Positions 8,912 through 18,783 of a stretch of DNA of 56,027 bases are shown piece after piece (the first letter of the stretch is position 1; each line of letters opens with the position of its first letter). The stretch covers positions 1 to 56,027 of the forward strand of contig JBBQXJ010000024.1 of the NCBI GenBank assembly GCA_038209745.1. Direction: 5' to 3'. A model generated the notes under the pieces. It was given only the letters and a program-made list of their open reading frames with translations. It did no database searches and was not told where the DNA came from. The position numbers were made by a program, and so were the translations under genes. The stretch is from Verrucomicrobiota bacterium (GTDB lineage Bacteria; Verrucomicrobiota; Verrucomicrobiia; Limisphaerales; CANJSG01).

Positions 8912-10300
8912 CTACTCCTTCTCGTAGTTCCGCGCGTAGTCCAGGACCACCTGGCGGAGCTGGCCGTTGCGCAGGACGCTGACCAGCACGCGGTCCTTCG
9001 TTCCCAGCGTGTCGAGCGCCTCCTTGTGGGCCTCGCGCACGTCGTCGAGGGTGGTGACTTCCTTGCTGCCGATCTTCACCAAGATGTCGCGCTGCTGCAG
9101 CACGTTGGCGGCGTTGCCCGGGAACTTCACCCCGAAGATGAAAACGCCCTCGGGGCGGACGAAATGGAGGTCCGGATTGTCGAACTGGTTAATCGCTTTG
9201 ACCGTGAAGTCCCAGCGCGGGCAGTCCAGCTCCTCGCCCTCCACTTGGCCCTTTTCCTTCGCGGTCAGCTGGAGCGTCAGGGGTTCTCCCTTGCGAACGA
9301 GCTCCAGGGTGGACGGCGTGGTCTTGGGGAGAAAGGCGAGTTCGCGCCGGACGAGCGGCAGATCCTCGTCGGTCATGGCGGTCACCTGGTTGCCGTTGAT
9401 GCTGACGAGCCGGTCGCCGGCGAGGATGCCCGCGTGCCGGGCGGGGCTGCCGGCGTCGGTGTCCGCAATCATCACTCCGTTCGAAGCGTCGAAGTAGATG
9501 TTGCGGTTGAAATCCTTCAGCGGCTGGAGCTGGAGCCCGGTCCAGCTCCAATCGACCCGGCCCTTCTGCCGGATCCGGTCGGCCACCTGTTTGACGACCT
9601 CGATGGGGATCGAAAAGCCGGTGTCGCCGCCCTGCATGATGCCTCGGGTGTTGATGCCGATGACCTCGCCGGCGGTGTTGACCAGCGGGCCGCCGGAATT
9701 GCCGGGGCTGATCGAGGCGTCGGTCTGGAGCCAGTAGCTGTATTCGCTGGTGCCGGGCAGGAAGCGCTTCGTGCAGGAGATGATGCCGATGGAGACGGAG
9801 CGGGACATGCCCCAGGGCGCGCCCATCGCCATGACGAAGTCGCCCTCGGTCAGCTCGACGGACTTGCCCAGCTTGGCAAAGGGCAGCGGTGCGTGATCCT
9901 TGGGCAGCTTGAGTTTGAGCAGGGAGATGTCGACGTCCTTGTCCGCGCCGATGATCTCCGCCGCGCAGGCCGTGCCGTCCTGGAGCAGGCAGCGGACTTC
10001 GACCGCCTTGTCCACCACGTGCCAGTTGGAGAGCACTTCGCCATCGGCCGAGATGACCACGCCGCTGCCGGAGACTTCCTGGGAGACCTTCTTGCCGCCT
10101 TCGAGGTTCTCGCGGAGCACCCGGATGAAGACGACCGTCGGGAAAACCTTCTCCTTGGCCTCGCGCACGATCTGGCGGAAATCGAGCCGGTCGAGGCCTC
10201 GCATTTCGTTCTGGGCGGAGACGGAGCCGCCGACCGCGAGCAGCGCGCCGACGACAAGAGCGGGGATGCAACGAAGAGGAAACAGGATCGAGGCTCTCAT
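8912..10300 (-). CDS. HtrA/DegP-like trypsin serine protease with PDZ domains
   Basis: Signal peptide from MRASILF; catalytic triad contexts SNWHVV, DISLL and PGNSGGPL; two PDZ-like regions. Confidence 0.95.
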   Translation of the reverse strand: MRASILFPLRCIPALVVGALLAVGGSVSAQNEMRGLDRLDFRQIVREAKEKVFPTVVFIRVLRENLEGGKKVSQEVSGSGVVISADGEVLSNWHVVDKAVEVRCLLQDGTACAAEIIGADKDVDISLLKLKLPKDHAPLPFAKLGKSVELTEGDFVMAMGAPWGMSRSVSIGIISCTKRFLPGTSEYSYWLQTDASISPGNSGGPLVNTAGEVIGINTRGIMQGGDTGFSIPIEVVKQVADRIRQKGRVDWSWTGLQLQPLKDFNRNIYFDASNGVMIADTDAGSPARHAGILAGDRLVSINGNQVTAMTDEDLPLVRRELAFLPKTTPSTLELVRKGEPLTLQLTAKEKGQVEGEELDCPRWDFTVKAINQFDNPDLHFVRPEGVFIFGVKFPGNAANVLQQRDILVKIGSKEVTTLDDVREAHKEALDTLGTKDRVLVSVLRNGQLRQVVLDYARNYEKE

Positions 10301-10408
10301 GTGACTGGCGCATAGGTAGCGCGTCGGTCGCACAGCGTCCAGCGTCGTTCCCGGATAAAAGCGCCCGCCCACAGAAAACCGGACGGAAGCGTGCCTGTGA
10401 CGACGCGC

Positions 10409-11956
10409 TCAGGCGGCGAGGACGACGTGCTTTATGGCGCCGTAGACTTCGGATGAATTCATCGGTGCGCCGCCACCTTTCGGCGCGGCCGAGATCATGA
10501 CCGGCCAATCGGCCTGGCTGGCAGGGCGGCAGCCGTGGGATCCCTTGACCAGAGAGGCATCGAGCGGGATCAGGTCCATCAGCATGCGGAAGCCGAGTTT
10601 CTTCTGGAGCAGGCGCCACGCGATCTTGAGCTTGGGCGCAGGGATCCTGGGATCGAGGAAGAGCTCCACGGGGTCGTAGCCGGGCTTGCGGTGGATGTCG
10701 ACGCAGCGGGCGAAGTCGGGCGCCTTTTTGTCGCTGAGCCAGTAGTAGTAGGTGAACCAGGCGTCTTCGCGGGCCACGGCGATGAAGTCTCCGGCCCTCT
10801 CGTGGTCGATGCCCGCCGCCTTCTTCGTCTCGCCATCCAAGACCCGGGCGATGCCATCGGTGCCTTCCAACAGAGCACGGACTTCGTGTCGGATTCGCGG
10901 ATCGATCCTTTCGTTCAGATAGACGTGGGCGACCTGGTGGTCGGCGACGGCGAAGACCTGGGAATTGCCCGCGTCGAGAATCTCCAAGCCCAGCTCTTCC
11001 TTCACGATGATCCAGCCGCGCTCCCGGAAAAGGCGGTTCAAGTGGATCGGCTGGGAGACATTCGTGATGCCGTATTCGGAGAGCAGGATCACGGAGACGC
11101 CGCATTGTTCGAAGAACTGGATGAGGTCGCCGACGATGGCGTCGATGGCGCGGAGGTCGGGGAGGATGGCGGGATTCAGGGAGGGATGCCCGGGGGCGGA
11201 TGACTGATGACTAATTCCCGATACCTGATTCCCGATGCCCGATTCCGGATGCCCGATGCTGTTTGGGGCGGAGCCGCTGTTCTCTGGGATCCGGGATCCG
11301 GGATCCGGTGTCGTCCGATACGTCCCATGCCGTTGCAGGTTGTAGTCGAGGTGCGGCAGGTAAACGAGGCTCAGGGTCGGCTGATACTTGCGCTCGGTCC
11401 ACTTGGCCGATTCGGCGATCCAGCGGGTGACGCAGTCGGGTTCGCCCTGGGGAGACTTCACGCCGGCCGCAGGGCCCCAGAACCCGGCGAAGGGGAATTC
11501 TCCCAGCTCCTTCTTGATCTCGGGACGGATATCGGCGGGCCAGGAATAGATGTCGAAGAACTTCCGGCCGTCGGCGGGATACATGGGCCGGGGCGTGATC
11601 GAGTAGTCCACGCTGGCATACATGTTATACCACCAGAAGAGGGTGGCGCAGGTGAACTGCGGATCGAACGAACGGAGCTCGTCCCAGAGCTTGGGCGCGG
11701 TGACGACGTGGTTCGACTGCTTCCAGAAATGGACCTCGCTGAGCTCCCGGTTGAACCAACCGTTGGCCACGATGCCGTGTTTGGCGGGAGTCTTGCCCGT
11801 GACGTAGTTCGACTGGGCGGTGCAGGTCAGCGCCGGGAAAGACGGATCGATGTGGCGCAGGGAGCCGCGATCCCGGAAGGCGGCGATGGCCGGCGTGTGT
11901 TCGCCGATGAGGGCTTCGGTCAGGCCGACGACGTTGAGGACCACGGTGCGCTGCAT
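10409..11956 (-). CDS. Alkaline phosphatase / nucleotide pyrophosphatase-phosphodiesterase family protein (EboF-like)
   Basis: MQRTVVLNVVGL, PALTCTAQS, HGIVANGW, YLPHLDY, SEYGI, DIHRKPGYDPVELF and KGSHG motifs. Confidence 0.9.
   Translation of the reverse strand: MQRTVVLNVVGLTEALIGEHTPAIAAFRDRGSLRHIDPSFPALTCTAQSNYVTGKTPAKHGIVANGWFNRELSEVHFWKQSNHVVTAPKLWDELRSFDPQFTCATLFWWYNMYASVDYSITPRPMYPADGRKFFDIYSWPADIRPEIKKELGEFPFAGFWGPAAGVKSPQGEPDCVTRWIAESAKWTERKYQPTLSLVYLPHLDYNLQRHGTYRTTPDPGSRIPENSGSAPNSIGHPESGIGNQVSGISHQSSAPGHPSLNPAILPDLRAIDAIVGDLIQFFEQCGVSVILLSEYGITNVSQPIHLNRLFRERGWIIVKEELGLEILDAGNSQVFAVADHQVAHVYLNERIDPRIRHEVRALLEGTDGIARVLDGETKKAAGIDHERAGDFIAVAREDAWFTYYYWLSDKKAPDFARCVDIHRKPGYDPVELFLDPRIPAPKLKIAWRLLQKKLGFRMLMDLIPLDASLVKGSHGCRPASQADWPVMISAAPKGGGAPMNSSEVYGAIKHVVLAA
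11199..11306. repeat. Heptamer tandem repeats inside the CDS
   Basis: Nine heptamers at 11199-11261 (GATGACT GATGACT AATTCCC GATACCT GATTCCC GATGCCC GATTCCG GATGCCC GATGCTG) and 3x GGGATCC at 11286-11306. Confidence 0.85.
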
Positions 11957-12239
11957 GGATCGCACGTTGGCAGAGGGCGGACCGGGTTCAAGCCACGGTA
12001 TCCGCCGAAACGAAATCGACCGTAGCCCGGTTCTGGAACAGGTCCCGGGCGAAGTGACACTGCTCCCGTAAGCCGCGCCGAAATGAACGTGCTCGGCCAC
12101 CCGCGAGCGGAACCCGACGTGATGGTGGACATTGGCCACGCTTTATCCCTACCCCGGGTGTGGCGACGGCCATTGATGGCCCATGGGACGCCCATCCAAC
12201 TCCCTCGCCAACCGAGCCGGACTGTGGCACATCCGCTCG

Positions 12240-13610
12240 ATGCCCCGGATCATACTGACTCTCCTGGCCCTGTTGGCGCTTCTCCCCAAGTCCATCGCCG
12301 CGCAACCGCCCCGCCTCAAGGTCTCCGAAAACCATCGCGAACTGGTGACGACGGCCGGCCAACCGTTCGTCTATCTGGGCGACACCGCCTGGGAGCTGTT
12401 CCATCGCTTGGACCGGGCGGACGCGGACCTCTATCTGGCCGACCGCGCGAAGAAAGGCTTCAACGTGATCCAAGCCGTGGCCCTGGCCGAGATCAACGGA
12501 CTGACGGAGCCCAACGCCTATGGCGACCTGCCGTTGAAGGACAACGATCCCACCCGGCCGAACGAGGCCTACTTCAAGCATGTGGACTACATCGTGAACC
12601 AAGCCGCGAGGCTGGGGATGTTCACGGGGCTGCTCCCGACCTGGGGCGACAAGGTGAACAAGAAGTGGGGAGCCGGCCCGGAGATCTTCACCCCGGAGAA
12701 CGCCCGCATCTATGGCGAATGGATCGGCCGCCGCTATCAGGACAAGCCGATCATCTGGATCCTCGGCGGCGACCGTCCGATCGAGAACGAACGGCATCGG
12801 CTGGTCTTTCGGGCCATGGCCGAAGGCATCCGGGCGGCGGTCGGCGACTCGCAGTTGATCACCTATCATCCGTCGGGCGGCAGTTCCTCTTCCACCTACG
12901 TGCAGGGGGAGACCTGGCCGGACTTCAACATGATGCAAAGCGGCCACGAAGCCCGGAACACCGCGAACTACCGCATGATCGCCGAAGATCTCGCGATGAA
13001 ACCGACCCGCCCGACGTTCGACGGCGAGCCAGCCTATGAAGACCACCCGGTGCGCGGCGACAAATCCCACACCCAGTGGTTCGACCAATGGGACGTGCGC
13101 AAGCTCTGCTACTGGGGACTCTTCGCCGGCGCCTGCGGCCACACCTATGGCACCCACAGCATCTGGGCGATGTGGGACGGGAAAGGACAAAAGCCCGCCG
13201 ATCAACGGACTCCCTGGAAAGAAGCGCTCAAGCTGCCGGGCAGCGCCCAGGTCGGCTTCGCCAAACACCTCCTCGAAAGCCGTCCCCTCCTCGGCCGAAT
13301 CGGCGACCCGTCGCTGCTGACATCCGGGACCGGTGACGGGGCCGAACATTGCCAGGCACTCCGGGCGGCCGATGGAGCGTGGGCCATGGTCTACTCGGCC
13401 AGCGGCAAGGCCTTCACCGTCGACACGTCCACGCTCACCGGCAGGCAGCTGAAGTCCTGGTGGTGGGATCCGCGCTCGGGCCAGTCTTCGCCGGGTCCCG
13501 CCGTCGCCAGGACCGGCAAACCCGAAACGTTCAGACCGCCTTCCACGGGCGACGGACAGGACTGGGTGCTGGTGTTGGACGACGCCGCCAAGAAGTTCGC
13601 CCGTCCCTGA
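12240..13610 (+). CDS. Glycoside hydrolase family 140-like (DUF4038, apiosidase-like) with C-terminal collagen-binding-like domain
   Basis: Signal peptide; PFVYLGDTAWELFHRL, KGFNVIQAV, WILGGDR, TYHP, QSGH, DGEPAYE, GHTYG and a C-terminal DWVLVLD. Confidence 0.9.
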   Translation: MPRIILTLLALLALLPKSIAAQPPRLKVSENHRELVTTAGQPFVYLGDTAWELFHRLDRADADLYLADRAKKGFNVIQAVALAEINGLTEPNAYGDLPLKDNDPTRPNEAYFKHVDYIVNQAARLGMFTGLLPTWGDKVNKKWGAGPEIFTPENARIYGEWIGRRYQDKPIIWILGGDRPIENERHRLVFRAMAEGIRAAVGDSQLITYHPSGGSSSSTYVQGETWPDFNMMQSGHEARNTANYRMIAEDLAMKPTRPTFDGEPAYEDHPVRGDKSHTQWFDQWDVRKLCYWGLFAGACGHTYGTHSIWAMWDGKGQKPADQRTPWKEALKLPGSAQVGFAKHLLESRPLLGRIGDPSLLTSGTGDGAEHCQALRAADGAWAMVYSASGKAFTVDTSTLTGRQLKSWWWDPRSGQSSPGPAVARTGKPETFRPPSTGDGQDWVLVLDDAAKKFARP

Positions 13611-13680
13611 GCCCTGGAGAAGCGCATGCCTCCGCCGAAGTTGCCGCCGACCGACAGCGCCGACGGCCATTCCAACAATG

Positions 13681-13712
13681 AAAAAGCCCCGGACGGTTCT
13701 CGTCCGGGGCTT
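13681..13712 (-). terminator. Intrinsic terminator (probably bidirectional)
   Basis: Stem AAGCCCCGGACG/CGTCCGGGGCTT, with an A5 on the + strand (U-tract for the minus-strand gene), between convergent genes. Confidence 0.85.
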
Positions 13713-13729
13713 CGCGTTTTAAGGGAAGG

Positions 13730-16700
13730 TTACTGCTTCACCTGGAAAAACTGCTGAGTTCCCGTCGGTGTCGTCTCATACGGCGACGTGGCGGCAGGGA
13801 CGTCGTTCCACGGACCGGTCGCGTCCGGAGCGGACTGCAGGGTGCCGTTGGAGTAGGTGATACGGACTTTGTCGGTGTTGAGGCCGACCGCGAGCTCCGG
13901 TGCCCCCAGGCCGATCGGCGTGGTGAGGCCATAGGGCCGCGGAACGGTGGAGTTGAGGCCGCTCGTCGAGATGTAGAAGTCGTCGAAGAGCAGCGAGCTG
14001 GCGCTGTTGTTGCCAACGATGAGCTTGTCCAGCGTGGGCCGGGTCAGCGTGCCGCCGGCGGTGGCGGGATCGCCCGTCGCACTGCGGTTGCTGATGTAGT
14101 CCTGGAGGATCAATTCGCGGGGAGCCGAATCGCCGTCCTTCTGTACCCAGACGCTGAACATGTCGCCCGTCTCGACATCGGCGATGAGCGGGCCGTTGGT
14201 GATGTCGATCCAGACGTTGTAGACGACGTTTGATCCGAGCACCGGGCCCGCCGTGTCGACCGTGGCATTCCCTGCACCGTAGTTGGCTCCGAACATCAGG
14301 GAGCCGGACACGGTGGACGGAATCACTGCGGGTCCGAATCCACCGGCGTCGTTGTTGTCGCCCCAGAAACGATAGGCGCGGTCGGTCACACCGAAGAAGC
14401 CGGTCATGGCCAACGCGGGATCCCGGGCAACATAGGCCCGGGCGAACAGGGTGCGGGTCTGTCCCTCGGAGATCGCAAGCTTCTGGAGCTGCAGGATGAC
14501 GGAATGGCTCCCCGTGCCCATGTCCAGCAGCTTGTTGCCGTCGATGTTGGTAATCGTCGTGTTGGCCTGGGGGTCGCTCCAGAATCCGTTGGACGTGAAG
14601 TTGCCTTCAGGGTAACGGTCGAAGTTTTCGAGCAGGGACCAGTTGGAGGCGATCCCGCCGATGGCAGCCACCGTGATCCGGTTGGTCAACGACTCGGCGC
14701 CACGCGTCGCGATCAGCGTGTAGGTCGTCGTGTTCGTGATGATCAGATCGACGCTGCCGATGCCCACGACGGTCGAGGGAAGGACCGTGCCGATTCCTTG
14801 GTCGATGGTGACTGCGGTGACGTCCTTGCTGACGTCCCAACGAAGCGTCGTGGTGCTGCCCAGGGCGACGGCGGGAAGATCCGACCTGAATCTGTTGATG
14901 ACGAGGGGCTGGGTATTCGCGATCGGAGTCGGGGTGCCTTCATTGTAGAGCTTGAGGATCTCCTCGGCCGAAAGGGACCGGGACCAGATCGCGACGTCGT
15001 CTATCAGGCCCTCAAAAGTGAACTGTCGGCTCGGGGCCGCAGCTGCGCCCCGACGGACACCACCGATGGAGGTTATGACGGTTGAGAGCGGGCGCCGGGG
15101 ATCGGGCTGTCCAGTGCCGCCGGGATCGATGACTCCGTCGATGAAGAGCCGAGCCGTGGTCACGCCGCCCAGTTCTTTTTGGACGTAGACCACATGGTGC
15201 CAGGTATTGTCATAGGCGGTCCCGAGGGAATGGATGTGGTTCCCCGTCGCCCCCGTGTCGCTCCGGACAAAGGAGTCGATCGTCCCGTCGGTGTTCCCGT
15301 TGTGGGTCCCGAGGTTGAAGAGCGGCTGCGCGCTGGTGGAGGACGACTCGGAGAAGATCCGCTTGTCCTGCTGCGGCCCAGGTCCGTTCACCCACAAGGA
15401 CACGGTGAAGTTGGTGCTCTTGGAGTAGATGGAGAGCGCGTCCTCCGGGAGGTTCTCCCGCTCCATCATGGAAGCGCTGGCGGCGTAGAACTTCATGGCA
15501 TTGCCCCACTTTCCGGGGACGATGTTGGTGGACGACATGTTGATCAGGGTCATGTCGTAGCCGTTGGCCAAGTCGGGGGTCTTGGTGCCCTCGACCGTGT
15601 TGAGCGGCCAATAAGCGACCAAGTTGTTGGTGAGATCGGGCGCCGGCGGTGAACTGACCAGAAGGGTCGCCACAACGCTGGTGACCGCGCCAAAGCCGTT
15701 GCTCACGACGAAGGTGTAGGCCCCCGAGTCGCTCGTTTGAAGGCCCTTGAATGCCAGCGAGGTGTTGGTTGCATCCATCAATGCCGCCGCGCCCTTATAC
15801 CAACGCAACTCCGTGAATGGCCGGGTGCCGATCGCGCCCGAGCGGAGCGTGAAGTCGTCTCCGACCAGAAGATTGGTCGATCCCGTCGGCTGCACGCTGA
15901 TGGAGGGCGGGAATTTCGGCACGGGCACCGCGATGCCGTTGCTGAAGACGTCCTGCACCTCGGAGGCGCTCAATGCCCTCTCCCAAACCGCCACGTCGTC
16001 GATCAACCCCGTGAACGCCACTTGGGGCAGGATGCCCGTGCTGGGACGGTAGACGCAGCCGATGGACATGATGTCCCAACGGATGGGAGCCGGAGGACGG
16101 ACGAAGGTGAGGTTGGTGTTGAGGACACCGTCGATGTAGAGCAGGCCGACTCCGTTTTGGTCGGTCCAAGCCACATGGTGCCACGCATCGTCAAAGGGAG
16201 TGCCGCTGCGGAAGTGGTTGACCGGATTCCCGCCATTGCGGACGTAGAGATCGAAGCTGTCGTCCGTGCCGCCACTGTGGGTGCCGAAGGTGTAGAGCGG
16301 GTCGGTGCTCACGCTGGACGACATCGCGACGACCTTCCTGTCGTTCTGACCGGTTCCCTTGCCCTTGACCCAATAGGCCACGGTCAAAGCCGGGCCGTTG
16401 GCCACGGGAATCAGCGTGTCTCGCGGCACACCGGTGATGGGATCGAGGCCGGGATCCTGGAAGTAGAGGTAGCGGGCGGCGGCGGCGCCATCCGGGCCGC
16501 CGGGGAACGAAAAGGCGTTGCCGTTCTTGCCGGGCACCACTTGGGCCGCACTGAAACCGACGGCGGTCATGTTGTTGGTGCTGACCACGTCGAGGGTCTG
16601 ACTGTCGCCATTCGACAAGGCGTCCAGTGGCCAATAGGCGACGAGACCTTCGCGAACATCGGCGGCTGTCGCCGATATTCCCATGACCACGCCAAGGGCG

Positions 16701-16735
16701 AGGCCGAGAATTTTTCTGGGGTTCATGGAGTTCAT
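13730..16735 (-). CDS. Secreted protein with two LamG-like (concanavalin A) domains, an Ig domain and a C-terminal FFQV domain
   Basis: Signal peptide; 2x LVAYWPL...WHHV...L[YF]IDG...F.GLIDDVA[VI]W.R.LS; Ig unit WYKG...DSGAYTFVVSN. Confidence 0.92.
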   Translation of the reverse strand: MNSMNPRKILGLALGVVMGISATAADVREGLVAYWPLDALSNGDSQTLDVVSTNNMTAVGFSAAQVVPGKNGNAFSFPGGPDGAAAARYLYFQDPGLDPITGVPRDTLIPVANGPALTVAYWVKGKGTGQNDRKVVAMSSSVSTDPLYTFGTHSGGTDDSFDLYVRNGGNPVNHFRSGTPFDDAWHHVAWTDQNGVGLLYIDGVLNTNLTFVRPPAPIRWDIMSIGCVYRPSTGILPQVAFTGLIDDVAVWERALSASEVQDVFSNGIAVPVPKFPPSISVQPTGSTNLLVGDDFTLRSGAIGTRPFTELRWYKGAAALMDATNTSLAFKGLQTSDSGAYTFVVSNGFGAVTSVVATLLVSSPPAPDLTNNLVAYWPLNTVEGTKTPDLANGYDMTLINMSSTNIVPGKWGNAMKFYAASASMMERENLPEDALSIYSKSTNFTVSLWVNGPGPQQDKRIFSESSSTSAQPLFNLGTHNGNTDGTIDSFVRSDTGATGNHIHSLGTAYDNTWHHVVYVQKELGGVTTARLFIDGVIDPGGTGQPDPRRPLSTVITSIGGVRRGAAAAPSRQFTFEGLIDDVAIWSRSLSAEEILKLYNEGTPTPIANTQPLVINRFRSDLPAVALGSTTTLRWDVSKDVTAVTIDQGIGTVLPSTVVGIGSVDLIITNTTTYTLIATRGAESLTNRITVAAIGGIASNWSLLENFDRYPEGNFTSNGFWSDPQANTTITNIDGNKLLDMGTGSHSVILQLQKLAISEGQTRTLFARAYVARDPALAMTGFFGVTDRAYRFWGDNNDAGGFGPAVIPSTVSGSLMFGANYGAGNATVDTAGPVLGSNVVYNVWIDITNGPLIADVETGDMFSVWVQKDGDSAPRELILQDYISNRSATGDPATAGGTLTRPTLDKLIVGNNSASSLLFDDFYISTSGLNSTVPRPYGLTTPIGLGAPELAVGLNTDKVRITYSNGTLQSAPDATGPWNDVPAATSPYETTPTGTQQFFQVKQ

Positions 16736-17016
16736 GTTGAGGAGTGTTTGTTTGTTTAGGTTTAGGTCGATCTCCCTGATGAAAACGCCGAGCCCTCTTG
16801 GTTCACCGTCAGATCCGTCCCGCTTCCCTCAAGGGACGGTCCTTCCCCGTTGTTCAGCAGGGAGAGAATTATTGGGAAGATGGAGATTTTTACGCCTTGG
16901 CCCGAAACGCGACAAGGCTGAATCATCATCTTCTGCGGCAAGATGATCAAAGTGTGGCGACGGTTGCGGACCGGGGCCAAGCCGCGGGAGCGTGGGTCCC
17001 GCAGATGCCAAGCGAG

Positions 17017-18147
17017 TCAGACCTCCAGTTCTTTTTCGAACTTCGTCAGATTCCGGCAACGACCGGCCTCCACCAGCACGACGTCCTCCAGCCGGACGCC
17101 ACCGACGCCGGGATAGTAGAGCCCGGGCTCGACGGCCAGCACTTGCCCCGCACGCACGATGTGTCGGCTGCTTTCGCTCAGATTGGGTTGCTCGTGCAGC
17201 TCCAGTCCCAGGCCATGACCGGTGGGGTGGAAAAAACCCTCGAACCGGCCCCGGCGCACTCCGGTCTCGAAGCCTTCCCGGACGAAGTAGTCGGCCACCG
17301 CCCGATGGATCCCGGCGGCGAGCACGCCGTCCCGCAACAGACCGAGGGCGAGCTTCTGACCGGTCTTCACCGTGTCAAAAAGACGCCGCACCGCCTCGGA
17401 GGCACGGCCCTTGACCACCGTTCGGGCAAGGTCGGCATGGTAGCCGGTCTTCTGGGACCTCGGGAAAACGTCGAGGATGATCGGCTCACCCGCTTTCAGC
17501 GGGCCGCTGCCGCGTTCCAAGGGATGGCCGCTTTGTCTTCCGCACGAAACGAACGTGCGGACGGCCGTTCCTCCGGCATGGGCGACGGCCGACTCGATGA
17601 TGCCACGAAGGCGTTCGCTCGTGAGCGGACTGTGCAGAAGATGCAGGCTCCTGTCCCGGCCGATCTGGGCGCGGCGCAACGCTTCGATGCCCTCGGACAA
17701 GCCCACTTCGGCCATGGTCAGCGCAGCGGAGATTTTCTTCACCTCGGCGCTGGTCTTGATCTCGCGCGCCGGAAAGACGGCCCCTTTGGCCACCTTCACC
17801 TTGAGATTCAAACGGCGCAGCTCGCGGGACATCCCGGCCGGAAAGCTTGCGGGAACGGTGACGCGGCGGCGGCCCGTGCGCTTCAGCACCGCCCTGATGA
17901 CCGCCGCGAAATGGGCCGGTCGACGGTCGTCGTCGCAACCGGGATGATGTTCGCTGAGGGCCCCCACTTCACAGCCGACGACCTGCCGCCGGGCCCGGTC
18001 CAGCTCCGCGTCTTGGAGATAGACTCGGGCCTGTCCGTCGATACGCAGGTAGACAAAGGGATCGGTCGAGAAGAAGCCCGTGGCATAGAGCATGTCCGCG
18101 TCACGTTCACTGTCGGCGACGATCAACAATGTGTCGGATCGGGCCAT
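17017..18147 (-). CDS. Xaa-Pro aminopeptidase family (M24)
   Basis: IILD..P, GYHADLART, HPTGHGLGLELHEQP and VEPGLYYPGVGGVRLED. Confidence 0.95.
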   Translation of the reverse strand: MARSDTLLIVADSERDADMLYATGFFSTDPFVYLRIDGQARVYLQDAELDRARRQVVGCEVGALSEHHPGCDDDRRPAHFAAVIRAVLKRTGRRRVTVPASFPAGMSRELRRLNLKVKVAKGAVFPAREIKTSAEVKKISAALTMAEVGLSEGIEALRRAQIGRDRSLHLLHSPLTSERLRGIIESAVAHAGGTAVRTFVSCGRQSGHPLERGSGPLKAGEPIILDVFPRSQKTGYHADLARTVVKGRASEAVRRLFDTVKTGQKLALGLLRDGVLAAGIHRAVADYFVREGFETGVRRGRFEGFFHPTGHGLGLELHEQPNLSESSRHIVRAGQVLAVEPGLYYPGVGGVRLEDVVLVEAGRCRNLTKFEKELEV

Positions 18148-18159
18148 GGCAGAGAAGCG

Positions 18160-18783
18160 TCAGACGTCGAACATCCGGTCCCCGGCGTCTCCCAGTCCGG
18201 GAACGATGAAGGAACGCGCGTCAAGGCGCATATCGATGGCGGCGGTGAACATCGGCAGGCGCGGATACCTCGCGCGCACCGCGGCGATGCCTTCGGGGGC
18301 GGCCAACAGGTTGACCATGCGCAGGTGGACGACTTTACGCTCCGTCAGGAGATCCAAAGCGGCCAAGGCGCTCCCACCGGTGGCGAGCATCGGGTCCAGC
18401 AGGATGACTTCGTAGCGGGAGAGGTTCTTCGGCAGGCTAACCTGATAGATCGAGGGCTTGGCGGTGACTTCGTCCCGCTTGATACCGACCATGCCGACGT
18501 GGGCCTCCGGCAAGATTTGCAGGATCGCATTCACGAGCCCCAGACCCGCGCGGAGAATGGGAACGAGCAAGACCGGGCGGCGCAGTTGACTGCCGGTCGT
18601 GATGGCCAGCGGGGTGATCACCCGTATCGGCTTCAGGGCGAAGTCGCGAGTGGCGTCGAAAAACATGAGCGCGGCGGTTTCGCCGACCAGCCGCCGAAAA
18701 TCCTTCGGCTTGGTGCGCTCGTCGCGCAGCTGGGCCACGTTGTGCTGGATGAGCGGATGTTGATTGACTGTGACGCGCTTCAC
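18160..18783 (-). CDS. upp: Uracil phosphoribosyltransferase
   Basis: HPLIQH, VPILRAGLG, LLDPMLATGGS and IVPGLGDAGDR. A GTG start at 18783 gives 207 aa. Confidence 0.97.
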   Translation of the reverse strand: MKRVTVNQHPLIQHNVAQLRDERTKPKDFRRLVGETAALMFFDATRDFALKPIRVITPLAITTGSQLRRPVLLVPILRAGLGLVNAILQILPEAHVGMVGIKRDEVTAKPSIYQVSLPKNLSRYEVILLDPMLATGGSALAALDLLTERKVVHLRMVNLLAAPEGIAAVRARYPRLPMFTAAIDMRLDARSFIVPGLGDAGDRMFDV

